Assembly: GCA_038232655.1 (NCBI GenBank)
Contig: JBBSNM010000001.1
Span: 61,460 to 125,459, forward strand
Direction of reading: 5' to 3'
DNA length: 64,000 nt
Source of the DNA: Propionibacteriales bacterium
Lineage (GTDB): Bacteria; Actinomycetota; Actinomycetes; Propionibacteriales; Nocardioidaceae
This document shows positions 1-14,256 of the stretch, piece after piece. Made by a program: the position numbers and the translations under genes. Each line of letters begins with the position of its first letter. Positions within the stretch are counted from its first letter, which is position 1. Below the pieces are notes generated by a model that saw only the letters and a list, made by a program, of their open reading frames with translations, searched no databases and had not been told where the DNA came from.

Positions 1-74
1 GGCGCACCCCGCCGGGCCAGCCGGGCGGCGTGACGGCAGCGTTCATGTGGCCACCCCCGTTGCCTCGCCACCGA

Positions 75-596
75 TCACCGCTCCCCCGGCACCGAGACAT
101 AGCGACCCCGCCGGTAGGCGAGCGCGCCGGCGTCGTCGACCAGCTCGACGTGCGCGACCGCCAGCTCGACCAGCAGCGACCAGCCCGCCGGTTGTGGTTC
201 CCCCGCCAGCTCCGCGCCCGCCCAGGAGCGGCCCGCGATTACCGGCCCCCAGTCGGTATCGAGCCAGACGCCGGTGCGGAAGGTACCGCCGGGCGACGGG
301 GCGACACCCGCAAACACGTCGGCCACCGCCTCGTCGCCGGGCGCGAGCAGGCTGGCGGCAGCCCGACCGCTGTCCCGTAACGCCGGCCACAGGTCGGACT
401 CCTCGTCGAGCAGACCCAGCAGGCGGGCCGGTTCTCCGTCGGCGACGAGCATCGACGACACCGTCAGCCCGGCGCGCCGTGGTGAGCGGCCCGAGGCCCA
501 GACGGTCACGGGGGCGGCCAGCCGCCCCCGCAGGCGACGACCCGGCCGGCGATCGCCCTCGGACTCGAGGAAGGGATGGTCGGAGTGGATGGTCAC
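75..596 (-). CDS. flavin reductase-like (FMN-binding split-barrel) domain protein, 173 aa
   Basis: This is the last 173 codons of ORF 75..1511(-), starting at an in-frame GTG at 596. Motifs such as APVTVWASG and GLTVSSMLVADGEP are typical of the flavin reductase domain. The upstream part of the ORF is Arg/Gly-rich junk overlapping the next gene. Confidence 0.6.
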   Translation of the reverse strand: MTIHSDHPFLESEGDRRPGRRLRGRLAAPVTVWASGRSPRRAGLTVSSMLVADGEPARLLGLLDEESDLWPALRDSGRAAASLLAPGDEAVADVFAGVAPSPGGTFRTGVWLDTDWGPVIAGRSWAGAELAGEPQPAGWSLLVELAVAHVELVDDAGALAYRRGRYVSVPGER

Positions 597-631
597 GACT
601 GCGATCCTGCCCCACCGCCGGCCCGGACGGC

Positions 632-1359
632 TCAGCCGGCGAGGCTGCGCACAAGCAGGACCGCCCCCGACAGGGCACAGATCGTCAGCACGGCGGCGCG
701 GGTGTGCCCCGGGTCCAGCCGCGGCCGGAGCAGGACCGACAGCAGGTGGCCCGCCACCAGCACCGGCGTGAGCAGCAGCGCCACGTAGAGGTCGGGCAGG
801 CCGAGCTGACCGCCGGCACCGAGCCCGAGCAGGCTGAGCAGGGCTCCAGCGGCGAAGAAGACGGCCATCGTAGCCCGGATCTCGGCGGCTTCGTGGTGCT
901 GGTAGACGATCGCGAGCGGTGGTCCGCCGATCGACGTGGCCGTGCCGGTCACGCCGGCCACGAAGCCCGCCGAGGTGAGCGAGCCGGCCGTGACCGGCAC
1001 CCGCACCGCACGCCAGGTGAGCAGCACGGCCAGTAGCACCATCAGCCCGACGCTCACACCCAGCACCCGGTCCGACGCCCACGCGACTACCAGCACGCCC
1101 ACCGCCGTGCCGGGAACGCGTCCCCCGAGCGCCCAGCGCATCCCGGCGAAGTCGGCGTCCTGCCACTCTCGCCGCAGTGCACCCAGCGGATAGACCAACG
1201 CCAGCCACAGCGGCACGACCGGCACCAGCTCGGGGGCCACCAAGGTGACGACCGGGGCGGTCAGCAGGTTCAGCCCCAGCCCGACGACGCCCTGCACGAT
1301 GGCCCCGGTCAGCACCCCGGCCGCGATGGCGACCAGCACCCAGGGGTCCAGCCCCGCGA

Positions 1360-1363
<4 letters not shown>
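632..1363 (-). CDS. TSUP (TauE/SafE) family sulfite/anion exporter membrane protein, 243 aa
   Basis: ORF 632..1363(-) is a polytopic Gly/Ala/Val/Leu-rich protein with the TauE-like pattern ([14 protein letters not shown] ... GGPPLAIVY). Its GTG start overlaps the acn stop (GTGA). Confidence 0.75.
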
Positions 1364-4239
<2,876 letters not shown>

Positions 4240-4315
4240 CTCAGCTCTCCTCGCCTCGTCGCGTCCGAGACCCATCCTGCCCACGAGCCATGATCGTGGC
4301 CACAGGTGGTCCCCA

Positions 4316-5519
4316 TTAGCGCAGCTCCCCGAGGTAGGAGACCAACGCCCGTGCGTCGCGGACCCGGCTCTCCCAGGTGATGCCGGCGCCGAGCAGGGCG
4401 GTGCCGACAGCGGCCAGCACCACCCACCGCGGCACCGCAGTCGCAAGACTGCCTAGGTGACCGAGGCCTAGCGGGGCCAGCACCACACACCGCCAGCGGC
4501 ACCGCCATCCGGTCGAAGCGGTGGCTGGCCGCCTGGGCCAGCAGCGCGGCAGTCGCCGCCGCGAGGACAACCGCCGACAGCAAGGCAGCCGCCCCGAGGG
4601 TGGCCGCCACTCGAACGCCGTCCATGCGGGAGCCGAGCCGCAACATCCCGGCCACCGCCAACGCGACCACCACGGCGCTGGCCACCAGGGTCAACGGCAG
4701 CCGCCCCGCCGCTGCCGCGGCAACCGGGCGCCGAGCGCGGCGGCCACCAGCAGTGCCAGGCTGACGATCGGCAGCCAGACGAGGTCGGACTCCCAGCCGG
4801 CCGCCAGCGCGCCGACCGCCGCGAGTGCTCCGCCGACCACGGAAAGCTCGGCCACCACCCAAGACATGTCGACCACCGTCGTCGAGAGCCGCCCAGCGCC
4901 GGCGGGCCAGGATGCCCGCGACCGCGGACGGTGCCGCCAGCAGCACCGCGACCAGGGCGAAGAAGCCGCGACCCGAGAGCTGGTCCAGCCCGAACAGACC
5001 CGTGCCGTAGGCCGCGGTCAGGTCCACCATGAGCAGTGCCACGGTGACGCCCCACAACGCCTCGCTCGAAGCCCGGAGCACGCGCCGCATGCACCAGAGC
5101 GCTCCAGCACCGAAGGCGGCGGTGACGCTCAGCAGCAGCAGGGTGCGCGCGGACTGCGACAGCGCCCCCCACGTGACCGCGACGAAGACGGCACCGGCAA
5201 CGACGAGAAGCAAGGCGCCAAGCGCCAGCAGCACCGAGCCGGTGGTGACACGATGCGGTGGGCGGGCCGGATCCCATTCGGCTGCGGGCGGGCGGCCGGC
5301 ACGCGCCGGGTCGGCAGGACCGGCAGGAGCAGCTGCTTGCTGGGTATGCGACTGCCCGCGTAGTCGATCAAGCGTGGCATCGGCCTCTGCCAGCAACGCG
5401 TACAGCCGGTCGGCATCTGATCCGACGAGCACCAGCCCGCACCGCTCGCACCGCGGCCGCCCGCTGCGCATCGCCCGACATCGCGGGCAGTAGGCCGGGT
5501 GGGCGCAGTCGTACACCAC
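4316..5519 (-). pseudogene. zinc-ribbon plus multi-TM membrane protein, apparently disrupted by about 3 frameshifts
   Basis: The N-terminus has CPRC..CERC followed by TM helices, in the frame of ORF 3867..5945. Hydrophobic, GC3-rich coding then continues in the frame of ORF 4691..4876, returns to the first frame, and ends in the frame of ORF 4316..4570 (..[31 protein letters not shown]). The start is uncertain (GTG 5519 or ATG 5570). Confidence 0.5.
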
Positions 5520-5568
5520 CCGATGATGCCCCCATCGCACCCGCGGCAGTGCCAGACTGGCCGTGCCC

Positions 5569-7815
5569 ATGCGCACCCTGCTGATCGACAACCACGACTC
5601 GTTCACGTTCAACCTGTTCCAGCTGATCGCCGAGACGTACGGGACCACCCCGTGCGTGCTGCCCAACGACCACCCCGACCTCAGCGCCGCGCTGGCCGAC
5701 GGCTTCGATGCGGTCGTGGTGTCGCCGGGGCCCGGCCGCCCCAGCGTGTCGCGTGACATCGGCCGCTCGCTGGACGTGATGCAGCGCAGCGCCACACCGG
5801 TGCTCGGCGTCTGCCTCGGGCACCAGGCGCTCGGCCTGCTGGCGGGCGCGAGCATCCAGCTCGCCGCCGAGCCCCGACACGGGCACCTGACCACGGTTCG
5901 GCACCGGGGCGCCGGCCTGTTCGCCGACCTGCCGCCGGACTTCACCGCCGTCCGCTACCACTCGCTGTGCCTGGCCGAGCCGCTGCCGGCTGCGTTGATC
6001 GCCGATGCCTGGTCCGAGGACGAGGTGGTGATGGCCGTGCACCACCGCTCACGGCCGTGGTGGGGGGTGCAGTTCCACCCCGAGTCGGTCGCCTGCGAGG
6101 GGGGCGCACCCTTGCTGGCGAACTTCCGCGCTCTGGTCCTCGGTAACCGGCCGACCGGCGTGCCAAGCCGGCCGCCCTTCCCGGTGCGCGCACCCCTGCC
6201 GGGACCTGCCCCGTCGGCCGCACCGCAACCGGCGCAGGAGACTGCGCAGGAGCCTGGACGGGCGGCTGGGCAGGAGGCTGGGCAGGCGGCTGGGCAGGCA
6301 GCGGCACCCACCCCTGCACCGGCGGTCGAGACCACCGCCTGGAGCCTGCGTACCCGCGTCTTGCCGCACGCCGTCGACGCCGGGACGGCCTTCCAGCAGC
6401 TGTGCGCCGGCCGGCCGTACGCCTTCTGGCTGGACAGCTGCCACCCCTGCGGCGAACTGTCTCGATTCTCGTTCGTCGGACACCCCGACGGTCCCGGTGG
6501 CGAGGTGCTCACGTACGACACCGCCGATCAGGTGGTCACCGTTCTCGACGGACGCGGGCGTGCACCGGACACCGTCACCGGCTCGGTCACCGACTTGTTG
6601 CAGCAGCGGCTGGCCGAGCGGCACGTCGCCCCCGACCCCGAGTTGCCCTTCGACCTGACGGGTGGGTACGTCGGCTACCTCGGCTACGAGATCAAGGCCG
6701 ACTGCGGGTCGCCGAACGCGCACGCCTCGACGACCCCCGACGCGGTCTGGGTGTTCGCCTCCAGGTTCGTCGCCGTCGACCATGCCGGCGACCAGACGTG
6801 GGTGGTCGCGGCGACGCGGCCAGATGCCGACGACGTCGCGTCGGCGGAGCGCTGGCTGGACCACGCCGCCGATGTCCTGCAGCCCGCCGGAGTTGGCGCG
6901 CCGACCACGTCGTCCGGCTCCGAGCCGCTGCAGTCCCCTCCCCCGGACTCAGCGGTGGCGCTGGACCCGGTTCACCTGCTCGGCTGCCAGCCACAGCGCT
7001 ACGTCGACAGCATCGGGGACGCCCAGGCGCAGCTGCGGGCGGGCGAGAGCTACGAGGTCTGTCTCACCAACGAGGCCGTCGTCCCGTTCCGGGGTGATGC
7101 GTTGGCGGTCTACCGCCGGCAGCGCGGACGGAACCCGGCGCCGTACTCCGCGTTCTTGCGGCTCGGCCCGGTGGAGGTGATGTGCTCCTCACCGGAGCGC
7201 TTCGTCCGCATCGACCGGTCTGGGGTGATCGAGTCCCGGCCGATCAAGGGGACAGCGCCGCGAGGGGCGACGGCTGCCGCAGACAGTTCGCTCAGCGATC
7301 AGCTCGCGAGTTCGGCCAAGACCCGGGCCGAGAACCTGATGATCGTGGACCTGCTCCGCAACGACCTGGGTCGGGTGTGCGAGATCGGCAGCGTGCACGT
7401 CCCGTCGTTCATGGCGGTGGAGTCGTACGCGACGGTGCATCAGCTGGTCTCCACCGTCCGCGGTCGGCTGCGTCCCGGTGTCGACGCGGTGACCGCCGTT
7501 TGCGCCTGCTTTCCGGGTGGGTCGATGACCGGGGCGCCCAAGCAGCGCACCACGGAGATCATCGAGCGGCTGGAGGGTCGCGCGCGGGGCGTGTACTCCG
7601 GTGCGCTTGGCTACGTCGGACTCAGCGGCGCCGCCGACCTCAACATCGTCATCCGCACCGCGGTGGTGGTCGACGAGACTTTGCGGGTCGGCGCCGGTGG
7701 GGCCATCGTGCTCGCGTCCGACCCCGAGGACGAGTACGAGGAGATGCTGCTCAAGATGCGGGCGGCGCTGTGCGGTGTGCGGGACGAGGACGTCGGGCCG
7801 TCGATCACCGCGTAG
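5569..7815 (+). CDS. pabAB: fused aminodeoxychorismate synthase PabAB (N-terminal glutamine amidotransferase plus chorismate-binding domain), 748 aa
   Basis: The N-terminus has class I GATase motifs (LLIDNHDSFTFNL, GVCLGHQAL, VQFHPES). The C-terminus has chorismate-utilising motifs (CFPGGSMTGAPK, GVYSGALGY). GATase-first domain order is typical of PabAB. A GTG at 5563 is an alternative start. Confidence 0.85.
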   Translation: MRTLLIDNHDSFTFNLFQLIAETYGTTPCVLPNDHPDLSAALADGFDAVVVSPGPGRPSVSRDIGRSLDVMQRSATPVLGVCLGHQALGLLAGASIQLAAEPRHGHLTTVRHRGAGLFADLPPDFTAVRYHSLCLAEPLPAALIADAWSEDEVVMAVHHRSRPWWGVQFHPESVACEGGAPLLANFRALVLGNRPTGVPSRPPFPVRAPLPGPAPSAAPQPAQETAQEPGRAAGQEAGQAAGQAAAPTPAPAVETTAWSLRTRVLPHAVDAGTAFQQLCAGRPYAFWLDSCHPCGELSRFSFVGHPDGPGGEVLTYDTADQVVTVLDGRGRAPDTVTGSVTDLLQQRLAERHVAPDPELPFDLTGGYVGYLGYEIKADCGSPNAHASTTPDAVWVFASRFVAVDHAGDQTWVVAATRPDADDVASAERWLDHAADVLQPAGVGAPTTSSGSEPLQSPPPDSAVALDPVHLLGCQPQRYVDSIGDAQAQLRAGESYEVCLTNEAVVPFRGDALAVYRRQRGRNPAPYSAFLRLGPVEVMCSSPERFVRIDRSGVIESRPIKGTAPRGATAAADSSLSDQLASSAKTRAENLMIVDLLRNDLGRVCEIGSVHVPSFMAVESYATVHQLVSTVRGRLRPGVDAVTAVCACFPGGSMTGAPKQRTTEIIERLEGRARGVYSGALGYVGLSGAADLNIVIRTAVVVDETLRVGAGGAIVLASDPEDEYEEMLLKMRAALCGVRDEDVGPSITA

Positions 7816-7823
7816 CAGGGGCC

Positions 7824-7955
7824 GCCGCCGGGCTGGCCGGTCATGGGCCGCCCACCGCAGCCCTCACCATGGCCCGGCACCAGACAGCGAGCCCACTCGG
7901 TTCCGTGCGCACCATTTGCTCGGCCCGCAGGTGCCTCAGGAACCGAATGGCGACC
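7824..7955. repeat. 132-bp direct repeat, copy 1
   Basis: By hand alignment it is identical to 8041..8172 except for one position (G7846 vs A8063). It begins with the 26-bp unit GCCGCCGGGCTGGCCGGTCATGGGCC. Confidence 0.9.
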
Positions 7956-7988
7956 GGAGCAGCCGGGCCGGGCTGGCCGGGCTGGGCA

Positions 7989-8066
7989 GCCGCCGGGCTG
8001 GCCGGTCATGGGCCGCCGCCGGGCTGGCCGGTCATGGGCCGCCGCCGGGCTGGCCGGTCATGAGCC
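7989..8066. repeat. 26-bp tandem repeat x3 (the third copy is the 5' end of the second 132-bp repeat)
   Basis: Units lie at 7989-8014, 8015-8040 and 8041-8066. The first two are perfect and the third carries the G to A variant. A unit length of 26 is not a multiple of 3, so the array is non-coding. Confidence 0.9.
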
Positions 8067-8172
8067 GCCCACCGCAGCCCTCACCATGGCCCGGCACCAG
8101 ACAGCGAGCCCACTCGGTTCCGTGCGCACCATTTGCTCGGCCCGCAGGTGCCTCAGGAACCGAATGGCGACC
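8041..8172. repeat. 132-bp direct repeat, copy 2
   Basis: See copy 1. The offset between copies is exactly 217 bp. Confidence 0.9.
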
Positions 8173-8251
8173 CGACCGCCGCAGGGCTGGAGGGTCTGGC
8201 TGGGCGTGCACCCAGCTCGGTCACTACGGCTGCCCGACCAGCAGCCGGGCA

Positions 8252-9648
<1,397 letters not shown>

Positions 9649-9652
<4 letters not shown>

Positions 9653-11727
9653 CGCCTGCCCCGGCGCCGGCGCCGGGTGTCGCGGGGCGCACCGGGTGGC
9701 GCGTCGGGGGGCGAGCCGCGGCCCGGTGCGCGGCCGCGGATGTCGCCCAGCGGGGTCTGCGACCCATCGACGCGTGCCTGGGCGGCGACCGACGACCGCA
9801 GCTGGTAGGGCACCGAGGTCACCATGATCCCCGGGCTGAACAACAGCCGGCTCTTCAAGATCAGCGCGGTCTGGTTGTGCAGCAGCTGCTCCCACCAGTG
9901 ACCGACCACGTACTCGGGGATGTATACCGCGACGATGTCGCGTGGGCTGTCGCGGCGGATGTTGCGGACGTACAACACGGTCGGCCGGATGATCTCGCGG
10001 TACGGCGAGGCCAGCACCCGCAGGGTCACCGGCACTTCGGCCGCCTCCCAGTCGGCCAGCAACCGGGCCGTCGCTTCCGGATCGACGTCGATGCTGATGG
10101 CCTCGAGCACGTTGGGCCGCGAGGCCCTCGCGTAGGCCAACGCCCGCATGGCCGGCTTGTGCAACCGGGAGACCAGCACGATCGCGTGCACGCGTGCGGG
10201 CAGACCGTGGTCCTCGTCGTCGACGGCGAGCTCCTCGGCGAACGTGTCGTAGTGGCTGCGGATGCTACGCATGAGGGCGAACAGCACCCCCATCGCCAAG
10301 ACCGCGATCCACGCCCCGGCGGCGAACCTGGTGACCAGCACCACGACGAGCACGGTTCCGGTCACGGCGAACCCGACCGCGTTGACGACCCGGTTGCGTC
10401 GCATCTCGGCCCGGTGGGCGGCCTCCGGCTCGGACGAGATGCGCGCGGTCCAGTGCCGCACCATGCCCAGCTGACTGAGCGTGAAGGACACGAAGACGCC
10501 GACGATGTACAGCTGGATCAGCCCGGTCACCTTGGCGTCGGAGGCGATGATCAGAATGCAGGCCAGCAGGGCCAACCCGATGATGCCGTTGCTGAAGGTG
10601 AGCCGGTCGCCGCGCAGCTGCAGCTGACGGGGCAGGAAGCCGTCCTTGGCGAGGGCGGCGCCGAGCGCAGGGAACCCGTTGAAGGCGGTGTTGGCGGCGA
10701 GCACCAAGATGACGCCGGTCGCCCCGATGACGGCGTAGAAGCCCACCGAGAAGTGGTCGAAGATGCCGGCCGCCAGCTGGCCGATCAGCGGGTGCTGCAC
10801 GTAGGACTCGCCCGCCAGCTCGCCGCTGACCCCCACCAGCTGGGTAGCCGGGTCCTCGGTGAACCGCACATCCATCAGGTTCGCCAACGTGACGACGCTG
10901 AGGGTCATCGTGATCGCGATGACGCCGATCAGCAGCAGTGTGGTGGCCGCATTGCGACCCTTGGGCTTGCGGAAGGCCGGCACCCCGCTCGTGATCGCCT
11001 CGACGCCGGTCAATGCGACGCAACCCGACGAGAACGCCCGCATCACCAAGAAGGCCAGGCCGAAGCTGGCCAGGCCGTCGCCGAACGAGTCCTGCGGCAC
11101 CAGCTCGAACTCGGCGCTCTCGGCGGCGGGCAGCTCCCCGAACAGGTACCTGCCGAAACCCCATGCCGCCATCGCCATGATCGCGGCCATGAAGATGTAC
11201 GTGGGCGCGACGAAGGCCCGGCCGGACTCGCGCACGCCGCGCAGGTTGACCGCCATCAAGAGCACGACGACGGCGACCGCCACCGTGACCTCGTGCCCCT
11301 CGAGCACCGGCAGCGCGGTGGCGGCGTACTGCGACGCCGACGAGATCGAGACCGCTACGGTCAAGACGTAGTCGACCATCAGCGCGCTGCCGACGCTCAG
11401 GCCCGCGGTCGCGCCGAGGTTGGTGGTGACCACCTCGTAGTCACCCCCGCCACCGGGGTAGGCCCGCACGTTCTGCCGGTACGAGGTCACGACGACCGCC
11501 ATCACCACGGCGACGGCGACCCCGACCTCCCAGGTGAACGAGTACGCCGACAGCCCGGCCACCGCCAGCACCAGGAAGATCTCGTCCGGGGCGTAGGCCA
11601 CCGACGACAGCGCATTACTCGCGAAGACGGGCAGCGCGACACGCTTGCGGAGCAGCCTCTCGCTCAGCTGGGTGCTGCGCAGCTTGCGACCCAGCAACAG
11701 GCGCTTGCCCGAATCGGCGATTCCCAC
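9649..11727 (-). CDS. APC superfamily amino-acid/polyamine permease with C-terminal cytoplasmic domain, 692 aa
   Basis: ORF 9649..11727(-) shows the N-terminal motif LPVFASNALSSVAYAPDEI, 12 or more TM segments and a conserved C-terminal soluble domain. As I recall, it is the usual neighbour of trkA genes in actinobacteria. Confidence 0.85.
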
Positions 11728-11735
11728 GACCGGCG

Positions 11736-12416
11736 ATGCTAGCGTCGGTGATCGTGCACGTCGTGATCATGGGGTGTGGCCGGGTCGGCTCGACCCTCGC
11801 CCACAACCTCGAGCTGCGCAGCCACACGGTGTCGATCATCGACAGCAACCCCGACGCGTTCCGTCGGCTCGGGCCGTCGTTCACCGGCTCCACGGTGGAC
11901 GGCGTGGGCTTCGACCGCGAGGTCTTGATCGCCGCCGGGATCGAGAGCTCGGGTGCGTTCGCCGCCGTATCCAGCGGGGACAACTCCAACATCATCTCCG
12001 CCCGGGTGGCCCGCGAGCAGTTCGGCGTCACCAACGTGGTGGCGCGCATCTACGATCCAGGTCGTGCCGAGGTCTACGAACGGCTGGGCATCCCCACCGT
12101 CGCCACGGTCACCTGGGCCGCCGACCGGGTGTTGCGCCGGTTGCTCCCTGAGGGTGAGGAGCCGCTGTGGCGGGACCCGTCGGGAACCGTGCGCGTCGAC
12201 GAGGTCCCGGCCCCGGACAGCTGGGTCGGCACCAACGTCGACCAGCTGCAGGAGGAGACCGGCGCACGGGTGGCGTACGTGACCCGGCTCGGTGCCGGAC
12301 AGATCCCGACCCCGCGCACCGTCATCCAGGCAGGTGACCTGCTCACCACCTTCCAGCTCGAGGCCGACAGCGCCGACGTGGCCGACCGGCTGGCCGCCGG
12401 ACCGGGGGAGGCCTGA
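11736..12416 (+). CDS. trkA: TrkA-type potassium uptake NAD-binding protein
   Basis: Contains VVIMGCGRVGSTLA (Rossmann GxGxxG) plus a C-terminal TrkA-C domain. The true start may be GTG 11754. Confidence 0.85.
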   Translation: MLASVIVHVVIMGCGRVGSTLAHNLELRSHTVSIIDSNPDAFRRLGPSFTGSTVDGVGFDREVLIAAGIESSGAFAAVSSGDNSNIISARVAREQFGVTNVVARIYDPGRAEVYERLGIPTVATVTWAADRVLRRLLPEGEEPLWRDPSGTVRVDEVPAPDSWVGTNVDQLQEETGARVAYVTRLGAGQIPTPRTVIQAGDLLTTFQLEADSADVADRLAAGPGEA

Positions 12417-13093
12417 TGCGCGTCGCCATCGCCGGTGCGGGAGCCGTCGGGAGGTCGGTCGCCCGTGAGCTGCTGGACAACGAGCACGAGGTGCTGCTCA
12501 TCGACAAGGATCCGCGCGTGATCCGCTCGAAGTCGGTCGCGGACGCGGAGTGGTTGCTCGCCGACGCCTGCGAGCTGTCCAGTCTCGGGGAGGCGAGCCT
12601 GGAGCGCTGCGACGTGGTTGTCGCCGCGACCGGTGACGACAAGGTCAACCTGGTCGTCTCACTACTCGCCAAGACCGAATTCGCGGTGCCCCGCACCGTC
12701 GCCCGGGTCAACCACCCGGCAAACGAGTGGCTGTTCAGCGAATCCTGGGGGGTCGACGTGCTGGTCTCGACGCCACGCATGATGGCCGCCCTGGTTGAGG
12801 AGGCGGTCACGGTCGGCGACCTGGTGCGGCTGTTCACGTTCCGCCAGAGTGCCGCCAACCTGGTGGAGATCACCTTGCCCGACGACTCGCCGTACGTCGG
12901 GCGGCTGGTCCGCGATGTGCCGTGGCCGGTCGATGTCGTGCTGGTGGCGATCCTGCGCGATGGCGGCATCTTCACCCCCGAGCCGGCCCGGTCGCTGGAA
13001 TCCAACGACGAGCTGCTGCTGGTGGCGGGTCAGGAGCACGAGGACGAGATCGCCGAGCTGCTGGCCCCGATCGAGCACCCCACCCGCCGCTGA
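12416..13093 (+). CDS. trkA: TrkA-type potassium uptake NAD-binding protein (second paralogue)
   Basis: Begins MRVAIAGAGAVGRSVAREL and has a TrkA-C domain. Its ATG overlaps the previous TGA. Confidence 0.85.
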   Translation: MRVAIAGAGAVGRSVARELLDNEHEVLLIDKDPRVIRSKSVADAEWLLADACELSSLGEASLERCDVVVAATGDDKVNLVVSLLAKTEFAVPRTVARVNHPANEWLFSESWGVDVLVSTPRMMAALVEEAVTVGDLVRLFTFRQSAANLVEITLPDDSPYVGRLVRDVPWPVDVVLVAILRDGGIFTPEPARSLESNDELLLVAGQEHEDEIAELLAPIEHPTRR

Positions 13094-13108
13094 CGGCCGC
13101 ACGATCCG

Positions 13109-13134
13109 CACCCTGGGTGTCGTCACCCAGGGTG
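13109..13134. terminator. perfect 11-bp stem / 4-nt loop hairpin between convergent genes
   Basis: CACCCTGGGTG tcgt CACCCAGGGTG. It overlaps the DUF3159 stop codon and lies 16 nt after the trkA stop. There is no U-tract. Confidence 0.5.
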
Positions 13135-13818
13135 TCCGGCCGGCTCGGCCGCCGGCGGGTCGAGCGGCGTGGCGTTGCGGCTGAGCAGCCAGGCCATCGA
13201 CGCCAGCGCGGCGACCTGCAGCGGCCAGCCGAGAGCGATCTTGGCCGCACCCAGCCAGGCCACCATGTCCTCGCCGCCGAGCCACAGCGGATACTGCACG
13301 GCGACCCGCAGGATGCAGGGGGTCGCCAGCACGAGGGTCAGCAGTGAGCACAACCGCACCAGCCCGGTGTCGGAGCGCCACCCGATCGGGTCGCCGGTGA
13401 CACTGCCGATGAAGAACCCCACCAGCGGCCAGCGGGCCAGCGCGGTGGCGATCAGCACGGTCGCGTAGACGGCGTTGTAGATGATCCCGGGCAGGAATGC
13501 GTCTTGCGCCTCGCCGCTGCGCAGCGCGAACACCGCCGCGATGGCGATCCCTATCAGCGAGTTCACGACGAACTGCGGGTTCTGCCGCTGCACGAGCCGG
13601 ACGGTCAGCAACACCGCTGCGAGCCCGGCGCCGAGCAGCAGCGACAGCTGCAGGTCGCGGCCGACGACCCAGGCAACGGTGAAGGCGACCGTGGGCACGG
13701 CGGCCTCCACCATCCCGCGCCGCCCACCCAGCGCCTTCGCGAGCTGGGCCCGTACGAGCTGCTCGACCGTCTCGTACGGCCGGGAGGTGGCCGCGGCCGC
13801 CGACCGAGGGTTGCTCAC
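13123..13818 (-). CDS. DUF3159 family membrane protein, 231 aa
   Basis: ORF 13123..13818(-) carries the family-typical N-terminus (ETVEQLVRAQLAKALGGRRGMVEAAVPTVAFT) followed by TM helices. Confidence 0.7.
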   Translation of the reverse strand: MSNPRSAAAATSRPYETVEQLVRAQLAKALGGRRGMVEAAVPTVAFTVAWVVGRDLQLSLLLGAGLAAVLLTVRLVQRQNPQFVVNSLIGIAIAAVFALRSGEAQDAFLPGIIYNAVYATVLIATALARWPLVGFFIGSVTGDPIGWRSDTGLVRLCSLLTLVLATPCILRVAVQYPLWLGGEDMVAWLGAAKIALGWPLQVAALASMAWLLSRNATPLDPPAAEPAGHPG

Positions 13819-14207
13819 GCGCTCAGCTCGTATCGCGGGTTGAACAGCCGCCGCTCACCGTCGGAGCAGCCCAGCCGACCGTGCACGGTCATCTCACGCC
13901 CGCAGGTGATTCCCGCGATCCGGCGGCGGCCCAGCCACACCAAGGTCACGCTGCCGGTGCCGTCGTACAACTCGGCCTCCAACGCGGCGACCCCACCGTG
14001 CGGCCGGACGGTGACCTGGCGAAGCGTGCCGTGCAGGGTGCAGACGTCACGGTCGGCGTGTCCCGCGATCTCGGTCGCCTGACCGTCCTCGCCGTCCCCC
14101 TGCGGGGCGTCGTCCCCGTTGCCCTGCTGGGCACCGGAGATGCGTTGCTTGGCCCGCTGCCAGAAGCCCCGGTCCCGCCACTCACCCTCAGATGATGCTG
14201 TTGCCAT
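13815..14207 (-). CDS. OB-fold nucleic-acid-binding domain protein, 130 aa
   Basis: ORF 13815..14207(-) ends in a conserved C-terminal OB-like segment (LHGTLRQVTVRP..GSVTLVWLGRRRIAGI..G). This is the conserved neighbour of DUF3159 and dut. Confidence 0.65.
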   Translation of the reverse strand: MATASSEGEWRDRGFWQRAKQRISGAQQGNGDDAPQGDGEDGQATEIAGHADRDVCTLHGTLRQVTVRPHGGVAALEAELYDGTGSVTLVWLGRRRIAGITCGREMTVHGRLGCSDGERRLFNPRYELSA

Positions 14208-14256
14208 GCCACCGAGCCTACGCCGGGCCGACCGCTCAGGCGCCCGGACTCAGGTG

